This document shows positions 37,052-48,465 of a stretch of 50,146 nucleotides of DNA, one piece after another (the first letter of the stretch is position 1; each line of letters starts with the position of its first letter). The translations under genes and the position numbers were made by a program. The DNA lies in the NCBI GenBank assembly GCA_003693705.1, contig RBZT01000402.1, positions 1-50,146 of the forward strand, given 5' to 3'. The DNA is from Polymyxa betae A26-41. Lineage: Eukaryota > Protista > Endomyxa: Phytomyxea. The notes under the pieces were generated by a model. That model worked only from the letters and a program-made list of their open reading frames with translations. It made no database searches and was not told the DNA's origin.

Positions 37052-39464
37052 TTAGAGGTCCCAATTGCAGATCGAAGGAATCATCTCAAATACGTTACAA
37101 TCCATGCTGGGAACTGTAACACCAGCTACAGTCGGATACGTTTCAACAACCGGCTCATGATTGGGTGGCTGCAGCTCAGTGGCCAGCGTCGGCAGCGGCA
37201 TAACGTCCTCCGGTGACGGCAGCTGCGACTCCAACGGCTCCTCCGCATCGGTCAAACAGCTCTGCACGAACAGTTCCAGTGCGGCGGCCTCCGAATCCAA
37301 CATCGCCGTCGTACCGGCCCCGGACACGTCCGGGTGCTGCGCATTGGACATTTCTACATCTTGGTCTGCCAGTAACAGTACTACTTGGTCCAACTCAAGG
37401 GCGAGAGTTGCCGCCTCAGCCGAAGCGGCCGTCGTGCTGGCCCCTGAGTCGGCGATGTCGTCTAGGGGATCGATTGGCGGGAGCGGGTAAAAGGCCGGAG
37501 CCGGTTCTTGTGCCATAGCAGCGGCGTCATAGGATGCCGCCACGGAACCCGCCATTTGTGCGAAGTTGTCGCAGGCGGACATGAGCTCGCCCTGAAAAGT
37601 GATCAGTCATGGTGTAACGTGTGAAACAGGGTTTTCATTACCACGGTCGCCAGAACTGTCGATTGGATCTCTTCGCCCAGTTCTGAACAGAACAGCACTA
37701 ATCAGCGAACACGTAACGCTACCATTTATGTTACCATACCCAGTTGTACAAAATCGGTCATCATTTGAGGAGTCGAGGCCGAAACCACAGCATCATGAAG
37801 CGGATACGATTCCGGCCTGGACTAATATGGGGTCAGTGACGGTGTTGGGATATGTAACGTTACATGTAACATTACCCCGAATGGAATCAGTATTTCGATA
37901 AGTTCCAGCAGATTCAAACTAGGAACCGTAATCCCAGTCATCACAAAGGAACGCGCATGCTCCACAGTAAACTCGCCCTGCTGAGACTCGTTCTCGATAC
38001 ATTCGCGTATCAACGTTACCAGATTCACGGGTTGTTGTTGACCTATGATCACGTTACCATTATTACAGTAAAACCCGACAGATATTACGTGACAGGAGAC
38101 TGAGCATGCAGAATTTCTGAACCATTCGCTGAGACTTCGCGTAACATAGAACTGGGATCAACTGCCGCAGTAACATGATCTGTGTGGATCGACGGAGTTG
38201 GATTACTGCAGTACGGACCTGGCCGGTATATTTCATATCCCAATATGCAGCCATCAGATCATCACCCAATGCTGGTACTATCGCTAGCCAATGGGCATCA
38301 CCCGCGCAGACCTCTGTAATCGGCACCGTACTGCATCCTGCGCAAATTATGTTACCAACAGGCGTTACTATGGAGAAAGACAGAACACAATTCGAACTGC
38401 ATAAACAGATGAACGATAGAGCGGAATTGTAAACAAGAATGAAGAGAAAAGCAAACGTCTGTAAGAGCAAAGAGAAAGCAAAAAAATTGAGTCCCGTACG
38501 CAATACATCTCCATATCCGGTCAAAATTTCATCAAAATATGGGACCAGGGGCAGAATATCGGACTATACACAAAGATACATTCAGTATGCGAGAACGCCG
38601 CCACGGCATCAGCTTACCCAAATCACCGAATGGAAATCCATCCGCAGTATCTGATCCTAAATGCCTCGGTTAATCACCATCGCCGAAAGCGACCACAAAA
38701 CAAAAGCGCGCAACAGGGGGACGGGGAGGGGGGCAGCACGGCAAATGGTACCGAAAATCGATGTACCAGAAGAAGGGTAACCTGTGGTGGTTCCTGGTCC
38801 CAGACGAAATCCGTAGATGCGAAATGTAGCAGGATTTCTTGTATGGTGGCTTGGACTCCGTGCAGATGGCCTAGTACGACACCATGGGGTCAGCTAACGG
38901 CAATGGAATGGGGTGAAGGCCTCTCAACTACCTTCATAACAGAGACACCTCCAGAAGATGTAACGAATGCGGGAGAGAACTGGGGCAGGCAGAACCTTGA
39001 AAACGATTCAGGCGATGGGTTACGTTACGGGGGGGCGATTTCGTTACCTGCTGCCAGTTCCAGACCACGTCATACACAGCTGGGTGCAGAAGGTAGAGCA
39101 GCGCGCTTGCCGGGACCACCTCCATCGGGTCCGTCACGTAGCCTAAATCGCCATCGTCGGATATACGTTACATCTTTCCAAAGATAACGTTACCGCAGAG
39201 CCATCTTACTGCCTCAAACGTAACAGCATCGATCAGTGCTAGTCCGTTTACCAAGGCGGGATCCTAACGCAGGTTTCAGTATCGCAGACGCAAACAGCAA
39301 TGGGCCAAACCGACCTGGATCGGCGTCAGCGGAGTCCATGATGGGTCCGAAGCCGGATCTTGAAGGTTCGATGGGGTCCAGGGGTCGATATCCACACCCC
39401 AGCATTGCGTTGCTAAGAGCACGACGACGACGACGGCGCTAATCTGGGTGGGCCAGCACGACAT
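37052..39464 (-). CDS. Secreted orphan protein, 13 short exons, ~550 aa, acidic C-terminus
   Basis: Signal MSCWPTQISAVVVVVLLATQCWG. 12 GT-AG introns join in phase without stops (..PIQ/DPALVNG..WLC/GYVTDP..WQQ/VLPAP..CYE/GHLHG..RFS/DQILR..VIW/SDILP..DVL/LTPVG..TGQ/IMLLR..LLS/RQQQP..PFG/SRPES..VQL/ELGEE..ATV/GELMSAC..WDL*). Confidence 0.75.
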
Positions 39465-39650
39465 CGCGAAGGGTTCCGAAAGGTGATTTCCGATCAGGGT
39501 CGAAAGTCCAATTCTGCGGGGCGGACTCCGCGGCCACACCGTAGGATTAGTCCCAGCCTGATATCATCCTCTCTTTTTTGGTCAAAATGGTTGTACGACG
39601 TGAATTTGTAACATTACATCAACTGCGAAATATTCAATCTGGATATGTTT

Positions 39651-39673
39651 AAACCCTAACCCCTAAAACCCTA
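39651..39673 (+). repeat. Interstitial telomere-like motif (aaaccctaacccctaaaacccta)
   Basis: Read directly; ~190 nt upstream of the secreted orphan's ATG. Confidence 0.85.
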
Positions 39674-40977
39674 TATGCTGACACACCATCCAAACAGTCA
39701 AAGCCAACTTGATCACGATGAACTGCCACGCATTCTGGAGCAGCGCTTCTTATCGAAAACCAAAACAGAGCTGATGATGTGGCGGCGTTTTGACGACTGA
39801 TGTATAACAATAGATTCTTAAACTTAGCAATCAGTTCCATTTCGGTCTATTGGATAAAATTCTCATAATTTCTGTTATTGACATGTTACTATCAAACATG
39901 AGTCACGATAACCAACGCGTCACAAAATCGTAACAGATGTTTGAAGGACGCCAACTAAGACAATTTTTTATCGATATGAGAGAATGCGGGTAAATGATGG
40001 ACAGCTCCGACATCATGAAGTAAGGACATATGAAATCCTATACAGCATTATGCCTTACTATTTCACGCCTTGTGCTTTGCATATAGCATCTTCGATTCGA
40101 TTGGATTCGACAGTCAGGCCGATCTACAGTAAACAGAAGATGCTATATGCAAAGCACAAGGCGTGAAATAGTAAGGCATAATGCTGTATAGGAATCGAAT
40201 TCACAAAGCGAACCTGTATTGGGACATTTGGTCATGCCACCATCTCAAATTTCAGTTGAAATCGTGATCCTGAAGATTCACGCGAACTGGAGAGGCATTG
40301 GTGATGCTGGGCTCCATTACTGAACGCGGACTGAGGCCTGATTCCAGTGGTGCAAGAAAACCTCGCATTGGGTGAATTTGAAGTGCAGCATCGCATTGCC
40401 AACAAAGTGAATACGATCCGTGATACATTTTCAAAAAAATGAGGATAGAATTATAGTTAGAAGAGTCTTCCGTTGTCATAGGATGAATATGACGAACTGT
40501 GAAACTGAGAGAATGTGCTGAATATGACTCTAAGCAAGCTTCGATATCTGAAAGGGGAAGGGTTTAGGACTTTAGGGTCCTTGTAATGTTACATTCGCCG
40601 GGATGCAACCCTCCCTCAGGCGAGACGAGATCGACCACAGCCGCAATCAAGACCATCTGTACCGATCGCAGTTTCCCGCCTCTCTGTCTTCTCTCTCCTT
40701 CAAAATTGCAGCTGCGCGGCTGGTTGGTGAAGTAAGAGAGCCGTGTCGCGAGTTCGAACCACGTTGAAGACATTGTTTTTTCGAATCACCGCCATTGGTA
40801 GCGATTTGTGGGAAAACGACAAAACCATTGAAGTAAAAGATAGGTTTGTCATCGACCAGCTGAGGAAGCAAGTTCTTGAGGTCCCATGATGCCCTGAACC
40901 CGTGAAATTTCACACGAAGAAGCAAGACGAGTCACAAAGGTGGATGAAGCTCCGAACATCACTTCGTACAAATTGCT

Positions 40978-40998
40978 GTTAGGGTTAGGGTTTAGGGT
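40978..40998 (+). repeat. Interstitial telomere-like motif (gttagggttagggtttagggt)
   Basis: Read directly; related G-strand motifs at ~40560 and ~41341-41383. Confidence 0.85.
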
Positions 40999-41727
40999 AA
41001 TGTGTCGCCTACATCGCCTATTAATGGCGTAACAACCCGAAGAAACAAACAAACAAAATTCCAATCAAGAATCCTGTGTCGTGGGCCATCAGGGCCTCGA
41101 GCGCGTAGGTTCGCTGGCCGAATCTGCGCCCAGAGCGGCGCAGCGGCTCTGTTGGCAAAACGATCGTTCTGCCCGTTTCCGATCCCGTCGCGTGAGACGA
41201 CGCTGAGTATCGGCTTCGGGCTCCGGACCAAGCCAACAGCGATGAACCCCGAGTCTGGCTACCTTACGTTACCGGAGTAACGTTAAATGTCAAATACAGT
41301 CGGCTTTTGGGTAGATTCTGGATCGATTTCTCCAGTTAGAGTTTTAGGTTTGGAGTTTTTAGGGTTTGGGTCCGGTAGGGTTTGCGACCGACCCGAACCT
41401 GTCAGATTATGTCCCAAGATCTGCGTGGCCGTATAGAGGATCGTATCATATCGCCGCCAAAGATGCCGCCTATCTCACGCCCTTGTTTTACGAATTCGTA
41501 AAACAGCGACGCATTTTTGGAAGTTTTTCTCGCCTTTTCTTTTGTCTGTTCTGTTGAATGCCTTTCAGCATCAATCAGCACTTTGCTCTCAGAATATCAG
41601 CCAATCTTACTCTAATCCAGGACTGTTTTCATTCTGATTCAATCTGTTTCCCGAAACGCAGGATTCTGCAAGTTCGGCATCATCCATTTTGTTACAATCT
41701 CCGAACTTCTTTTTTTTCAATTTTTCA

Positions 41728-42150
41728 GATGGAATAACAATATCCGGACCAGGTTGGGGTCGGAGTTAAAGATGGGCTGTCGGCGAGTTATGCGGCGTAC
41801 AATGAGGCCGGCGGCTGCGCGCAGTTGCTGTACGTGTAGCAGAGTCGGATCCGTAACACTTCATCGTAATAAAATCTCCCTTTGGAGCTCATCCACAGCT
41901 AGTTGGGCCAGAACGCTGCCGCGTTGACATCGTCCCAGGGAGGCTTCGAATGGCATGTTGCCCTACAGGGGCAACTTTGATCACTTCAACCGTAGCCCAG
42001 AAGCTCTGATGTACTTGAAATCGGATTTACATCGGAAGAATAACAACTTTTTTCCGGTCTTGGCATGGACATATCCTCGTCAATTTGGCCTCAGCAGAAA
42101 ATTCAGCTTCTCTGCGGAGCAAATACTTTTTCAGTTGAAAGTTCAGTCAA
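41728..42150 (+). pseudogene. Decayed exon
   Basis: After a ttttcag acceptor, one frame (PDQVGVGVKDGLSASYAAYNEAGG..GGFEWHVALQGQL*) with many stops. Confidence 0.3.
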
Positions 42151-42388
42151 GGTAATTGGGTTTGCGTCTTTGGTTTATAAAAAAAGTCACTGACAAGAGC
42201 GAGAACATCTTTTAAGGAATTTTTTAATGAAAACCGCTTTGTCCGTAATGGTGGGGCTTCCAAACCCTAGCATGATATCTACGGAGTCTGTTCGGGGTGA
42301 ATACAATCTCGTTTTGAAATAACGAGCCATTACCCAAAGGGGCTTCGAGTTGGCTCAATTCAGCTGGATCATTTCGGATTGCCCGAGC

Positions 42389-43282
42389 ATGGTCTTCGAT
42401 CGTTCCGATCCCTTCGCTGAGTTCGATCTGGCCAAAGTCGCCCACGTTGTCTTCAATCGGCCTGCCTTTAGTGATCTCACAATAATCGTCAATGGGACAC
42501 CGTTTTACTGCCATCGAGACATACTGACTTCTGCGAGCCCGTTTCTGCAGAATTCCATCGATTGTCAACCTAAGACTAAGAGAGCGATTGTCGAGCTCGA
42601 CTTTCCGGAGATTCAATTTCCCGATGGGTTCTGCTGTAAAGAGGATCACGATTCTGCTTCTTGGTTCAAGAAATATTTGCGCTTGTTATATGGATTGTCG
42701 AAGCCAGAGCCGGACGATTTCATCGAGCTAATCGCCATGGTTCAAATCGCCGATTTTCTGGTTTCTCCGTCGGTTTTATCTCTATGTGATTATCTACTCA
42801 GCGGGGCCTCCTTTGATCACGAGAACGTTTTCGCAATGGCGTTGTTCTGCGAGAAATATCCCCTGCCGGAGACATTTCAAATCGTGAAGGAGACCATTGC
42901 CGAGGATTTGTACGAAGTCGCCAATAATCCACAGCTCTACCAGATCAGCACGAAACATTTCAGAGACGTTGTTACGTTATCGATCTGTTCGCATCCGTGG
43001 ACGTTTTGGATCGTACTGGCCTATGCGTCCGGTGTGGTTCCGGAGAATTATGTTATTCGCAGCAAACAGCTTCAGATCGAAGATGCGGAAATGGGCAAGT
43101 TTTTTCGTGATCTCGCGAAAGAGCTGAGTAAAAATTGGACTCGACTGACGGTTGATGCGATATTTGAGGATCTTGAAAATTACGAAATAGTTTCGGGTTC
43201 CGCTGGCCGTGATGAGCAACTGTTTCTATACAAAACCATATCGGCCTGTTATCAGCGCCTGTTGTCTGAACGCGAAACTTAA
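42389..43282 (+). CDS. BTB/POZ(-BACK) domain protein, single exon
   Basis: FSDLTIIVNGTPFYCHRDILTSASPFL, F..YLRLLYG, ADFL..LC.YL, ENVFAM BACK-like helices. Confidence 0.9.
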   Translation: MVFDRSDPFAEFDLAKVAHVVFNRPAFSDLTIIVNGTPFYCHRDILTSASPFLQNSIDCQPKTKRAIVELDFPEIQFPDGFCCKEDHDSASWFKKYLRLLYGLSKPEPDDFIELIAMVQIADFLVSPSVLSLCDYLLSGASFDHENVFAMALFCEKYPLPETFQIVKETIAEDLYEVANNPQLYQISTKHFRDVVTLSICSHPWTFWIVLAYASGVVPENYVIRSKQLQIEDAEMGKFFRDLAKELSKNWTRLTVDAIFEDLENYEIVSGSAGRDEQLFLYKTISACYQRLLSERET

Positions 43283-44006
43283 TTAATCAGGATTCGAACT
43301 TCGCCGAACTCTATCTAAATGATCAATATTTCAATACAAGTTCGTTTTCAATGTATATCGCTCTGTTCAGAACTCCGTGACCATCAATCTCGATTATTTT
43401 CGGGTATAGCGCAACATACTCCTAACCTACCGGATTCGGAGCTCTAATTCGGCAAAAAGATTGTATTCTGTGGTTCGAGAATTGATCATTGAGGATTTGT
43501 AGATTGATTTCGATTCTCGGAATGCATTCGACGACCATCGACTATGTGTGTCCTATATAACCGTAGCAGATCAGTAACGGGATCCAAAAAACCGACTAAA
43601 GAATGAGCTTCTCATTCAAAAACCGATACTGGACACTGGAAGATGTGATATTTTACAGAAAGTCTGCCTCTATTCAACACTGTATAGGAAATGATTTGAT
43701 CTTTAGATCGGATCGTTCGCGACGATTCGGAATGTCCGCAATATCATACTCGCTTCATATTTAAAACCGTTTCATCGTTGAGTTTAAGGATCCTGAAACC
43801 ATTCGCGCTCATTTTTTGCATCTAATTTTCTCGAAATGTTACAACCAGCTTGGCTGTGCTGATAACGAAGACAAATTCCGTAGTAAATGGGGGGATCGAT
43901 CTATGAACTATTCTACTGCAGAAGTGAAGTAGCCTTACGTAGTATTCCGCTGTGTGCGGATGGGCACTCACATGGTGAGCGTCAACAGGAGGGGATGAGT
44001 CTTCCA

Positions 44007-44130
44007 GATTCGTTTTTCCAACTCACGCAACATTAGAAGTGCGCGGATTCGTTTTTCCAACATAAAAGTGCGTGACTTTCAAAGTTCGTTTTCCAACAGA
44101 GTCTTGAAGAAAAAGTGCGCACGCTTTCAA
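44007..44130. repeat. Three imperfect copies of ttcgtttttccaac..aagtgcg upstream of the M3 peptidase
   Basis: Read directly; period ~36-39 nt. Confidence 0.75.
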
Positions 44131-44247
44131 ATTGGTTGTCTGCGGCATCCGCGACTCCGCCTATCTGTCATATCCGCATTTATCTCAGCAGTATTCCCCT
44201 TGACCGACATCAACAGTCTATCGCGTTCTGTTGGAGGTCTATCGCCA

Positions 44248-46283
44248 ATGATGCATCTGGTGGCCCAGGCCCTGCTGGCGATCTGCTGCTTGAGGCAAAT
44301 TCCCACTCCAACATCAGACTATGAGCTTCCGCAGCTGTATACTATGCCGGTATGTGGATATCTTACATCCAACTCATTCGCTGAATATCATTCTATCAGT
44401 CTGACCGAGTGTTCGAATACGCCCATAATCTATCGGAGGAAATCATAGCGGATCTGGACCGGGTCGGTGCCAACCCAGAACCCGCTTCATTCGAAAATAC
44501 GATTCTGCCTTTAGATCGTATATTTTACAAACAAGCTTCGGCGGAATGCGCTTGCAGACATTTAGCTAATGACAACACTTCTGAAGAAGTTTTCCGTTAT
44601 GCTTGGATGGAGATCGTGAATTCGATTGGCTCCTGTAATAGGGACGTGTACAGGCGGGTTCGCATCGTGATATTATCGCTTCCGAAAGGTGATGAAAAGC
44701 ATCGAGTGGCTTTAGCCTGCGAGGCGCTATTACGACATCATTGCTTGGCGTTATCTCTATGGGAAGCCAGCAGATTCCGGGAGCTTCAGGAGAGAATATT
44801 TGCAATCAGAGAAGCAGCAATAGCGCCCGGTGTCACTGAAGTCAACGCCGATTTTATTCGTCTGCTAATCGCAGCTCGTACTGAGATGGTACAGTTTCTA
44901 CAGAAGCATAACGATTTTGCCTGTCGTACCTTGTCCGAAGCCTGTCCTGGGGCCCATTGGTCCATCAATCTATCATGTGCTGGAACTTTTGAAGAGATTG
45001 AATCCGCTTTGATGTCAATGTCGGAAACATTCAAGAATATCGTAAGGCTGTTTTTGATTTAAATGATTTCCACACACTCTCTCCCATCTATTTTTTGTAC
45101 TTGCCTTGGATTTTTAATATGCAAAAGTTTTTGTGAATTTTTCTTGTTTTTGGGTTTTTTTTTATGATTAAATGTGATTAGGGTCTTACAAGATTCCAAG
45201 GCGTTCCCGGTGTTGATTCAGAGGCATGGGATTGGTGCGATTATCAACAATCTGTGACATCGCGACTATCGTCTTTGCACGATAATCGCTGGGAATTGAA
45301 AGATGTCGTCTGGAATGGCCTCTTCTTCGTCGTCGAGAAGCTGTATGGACTCCGGGCTCAGCAACAATCCGATATTCATGTGCTACACTCGGATGTGATG
45401 GTATTCGAGCTGCTGGAAGAAGATGGCACTCCTCTAGGCCTTTTATTCTTAGATTTGATAACGAGGCCTGGCAAAGCTGTGTCTGTGTCCAATATCCCTC
45501 TCGTGTACCGATCTACCGATTCAAATATGAAGCGGGCCGCTGCAACCATCACCATGTCGCTTCCATCGCCATCTCACCGTCTGACGATTATTCAGGTTTG
45601 AGGTTGATTTCGAATTTTCTTCGAAATTAATTGACGCGATCTTACAGGTTTTTACTTTGTTTCATGAATTTGGTCACGCTCTGCATTGCCTGTTCAGTGA
45701 TACGAAATATTTCCTGTTATCGTCAGGTATGAGCCCCCTCGATTGGGTCGAATTTCCATCACACCTGCATGAAATGTGGGCTACCGACAGTCAAGTCCTA
45801 CATAGTATCGACCCAAGCCTCACCGACAGCGATGTTCGCACCATTCAAGACGAATTCCGCGTTCTTGTTGCCATCGACAAGTTCTATTCCTTTTATAACG
45901 CAATTCGTACATTGTATTGGAACCGCATCAGTCCAGCTCCGGAGAATTTCGAGGAATTTTCACGAAGTTTACAAGAACGCTACGGTCTCGGGCTGTTATG
46001 TCCATCAGAGCGGATTCTGGGCCCGCTTTTCCTTGTAGATCCGAATTTGACAAGCCCGGAATATTATGGGTATGCATATTCATGGCGTATTGCAAGATCT
46101 GCACAGGAATGGGTAATCTCGAACGGTGGCCTATGCAGAGAAGTCGGTGAGCAGCTTCGTAGAAAAGTTCTGTCGAAAGGAATCTCTGTCCCATATGAGA
46201 ACATGACTGATCTCTTCTATGATACTCATCGACATGTAGCATTACTTGAAGATCTCGGTCAGCTTTCCGTACATCTCTCTTGA
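44248..46283 (+). CDS. M3-family metallo-oligopeptidase (Dcp/oligopeptidase A-like) with a putative signal peptide, 4 exons
   Basis: Exons 44248-44349, 44400-45041, 45182-45595 and 45648-46283 in phase. ANPEPASFENTILPLD, LGLLFLDLITRPGK, TLFHEFGHALH, DWVEFPSHLHEMW, YYGYAYS. Confidence 0.9.
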
Positions 46284-46454
46284 TAATCTTGAATAAAACG
46301 AGCGTACATGGCCATTCTTTGCTTTTAAAATCTCTCATTGAGCCTCAATCATTTTCATATCAAAATGACTTTGATCGAAAGAATCAAAGCACAGCTGTCG
46401 ATTTTTGCGAGTTAGTTCGCACTTTTGGCGCATCATTTTTGAATTTTTATTGCT

Positions 46455-46593
46455 CGCAGTTTTAAGGAATGACGACGCAGAAAGGTTTCGAGGTGTAGGT
46501 ATGCACTCTGAGCGATAGGGTTTTCCACCCATTTTTTATTTTATTTTCTCGCAGTTTTGTAAATGACTGCGCAGAAAATTTTGGAGGTGTCCG
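46455..46593. repeat. Imperfect direct repeat (tcgcagtttt..aatgac..cgcagaaa..gaggtgt), ~94-nt period, upstream of CTF8
   Basis: Two copies read directly. Confidence 0.7.
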
Positions 46594-46647
46594 TTTGCAG
46601 AGCGCGGCGACGCTGATTTCATCCTGGGTGTCTTGAAGCTAATCGCG

Positions 46648-47282
46648 ATGCAGATCCTGATTCGGCGCAGCGACGTCGATTGGAACCCGGATTGGTCACT
46701 TATTGAACTTCAAGGCGAGCTGGAGTCGTCGTCTCCTCCTGGTCAGGAGATTGGCGACCTAACTCTCTCTCAGGTCTGCAAGTTTTCTCGTTTCCAAATG
46801 TACTCCATCTGCTATTTTTACAATCCTTATTGCTGGCCTGAACTATCCAGCTGCCAATTTCTTGTTTCTGTGCCTTTTGCTGCATATCTGTTAGCCTGAC
46901 TGTCTATCAATACTGAACATTAAAGTTTGGACCAGTAATTGTTTGATCAGTGCGTTTAGCCTTAATTTTGGGTTCGTGTTTTTTTCTTTGATAACATTGA
47001 TTCAGGATGGCAAAGCCACTCTATTAATCGGAAACCATAGACTTGAGGGCAAGATAGAAGAACTTAAAAAGCCGCTAGCTGTCGCTAAATTCGGTGAAAG
47101 GTATTTAAAGCTTTTTCTTTTGGCTGTCGTTTCTTGATCTTCTTTTGTGCGATGTTATTCTGATATATTTGCTCAGTGATGATCGCGGTCGAACCGTAGA
47201 GGTAGTCGGCCTTATCACCAGAAGAATTCTCTTCAAGTCCCGCCCGCGAACGCTGGTGCAGAATTTGCCAATCGCTGGATAG
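46648..47282 (+). CDS. CTF8: Chromosome transmission fidelity protein 8 (Ctf18-RFC subunit), 3 exons
   Basis: W.LIELQGEL, IGDL, LLIGNHRLEGKIEELKKPLAV, VVGLITRRILFKSRP. Confidence 0.92.
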
Positions 47283-47469
47283 ACTCGGGTAGTTTCCGCT
47301 TCAGTCCAAGGATACCCATTGTAAGGCATCTTTCAATCCTGTCTATCGTCATAGGGACAGAACAGGATTGGCACAAGTTTCCTGGATTGCAATCAGCACA
47401 GATTGTCTTTCTCTATTGAATGAATGACGGACAGATTGTAACCATGTGATTATTTTGCAGCTATCTAAC

Positions 47470-47488
47470 TAGGTTAGGGTTAGGGTTC
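47470..47488 (+). repeat. Interstitial telomere-like motif (taggttagggttagggtt)
   Basis: Read directly. Confidence 0.8.
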
Positions 47489-48312
47489 CGTGGTGTCGCC
47501 GCACTGCCCCGCCTGTCACCGCAGCTACGTCCGTCGATAGATAAGGCCCAGCACGTCGGCCACTTGGGTACCGCGACATGGTGCCACAGGCCCGAACGAT
47601 CAGTCTCAATGTTTGTCGATATAGACAATGTACGACGGTGGCAGGTTGGGCACTCCACGGCCCTGCGCATTGCCGGCTGCACCGAGAGCGATCATCGGCC
47701 CTCGTGTGAACAGGTATCTGGCCAGAACTTTTCCGACTGCCGTGGAATTTGGAAACCAGAGCACGATTGTGTTCGTGGACGTTTATCGAACGCAGCGAGG
47801 AGTTATCATCACCTTGTCAGAATAACGAATCGTTATTGAAACGTAACGCATTACCGGAGGCCAGCAGAAACGCGATCGAAGCCGCACCTCCTACCAGCAT
47901 CAGTGAATGATCTCGGAAATTGTCAAGTAGGAGAATCTAAACTTTTTCTCAGGCCTGAATTCGGGTATCTGTAGCTACAAAGAAGTTAGCTACAAAGAGG
48001 AGAGAACAAATAGTGCAATTAAATCCAATCCTTTCCGCCTTAACAGAAAACCAGCTAGGGCAACAAATCGTAAATTGCGGGCATACAGGCCCAATAGAGA
48101 CGAGACCAAGCGTACGTTTGTGTCAAAAGAAGAATGGAGGCTGTGGTCAAGATGAAGTGGGCCACGCTGGCTGGCATGTGGGGTAGCACGACGTTGGGAT
48201 TCGGGTCGGAAGGTTTCGTTACCAATGACAGGCAAGCAGTCATTGGGGCCGAGATATAGACCCCCCCCCCGGGATTTGCGATCCAGTGACCAGTGGGGAG
48301 TGGCCAATGGGG

Positions 48313-48328
48313 AAACCCTAAAACCCTA
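48313..48328 (+). repeat. Telo-box-like motif (aaaccctaaaacccta)
   Basis: Read directly; ~140 nt upstream of ATG 48466. Confidence 0.85.
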
Positions 48329-48465
48329 GAAAATATCTGTCCTGCTCATCCCGCTGTGACTAGATGATCGGTTTCAGGATGGTTGCTCTCGACTGTGTCA
48401 CGGGAGGCGACCCCCCGACCCCAGCCTGGAAACGTTCTTCGGCGTGCGCCAGAACGCTGTAGCGA

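Noticed and set aside
44007-44130. Repeat-spacer pattern resembling a CRISPR array
   Set aside because: Only three short degenerate units with related spacers, no cas genes, eukaryotic context.
47564-47839. NYN-like MFVDIDNV motif
   Set aside because: Single short motif in a frameshifted fragment; remaining catalytic Asp motifs not seen.
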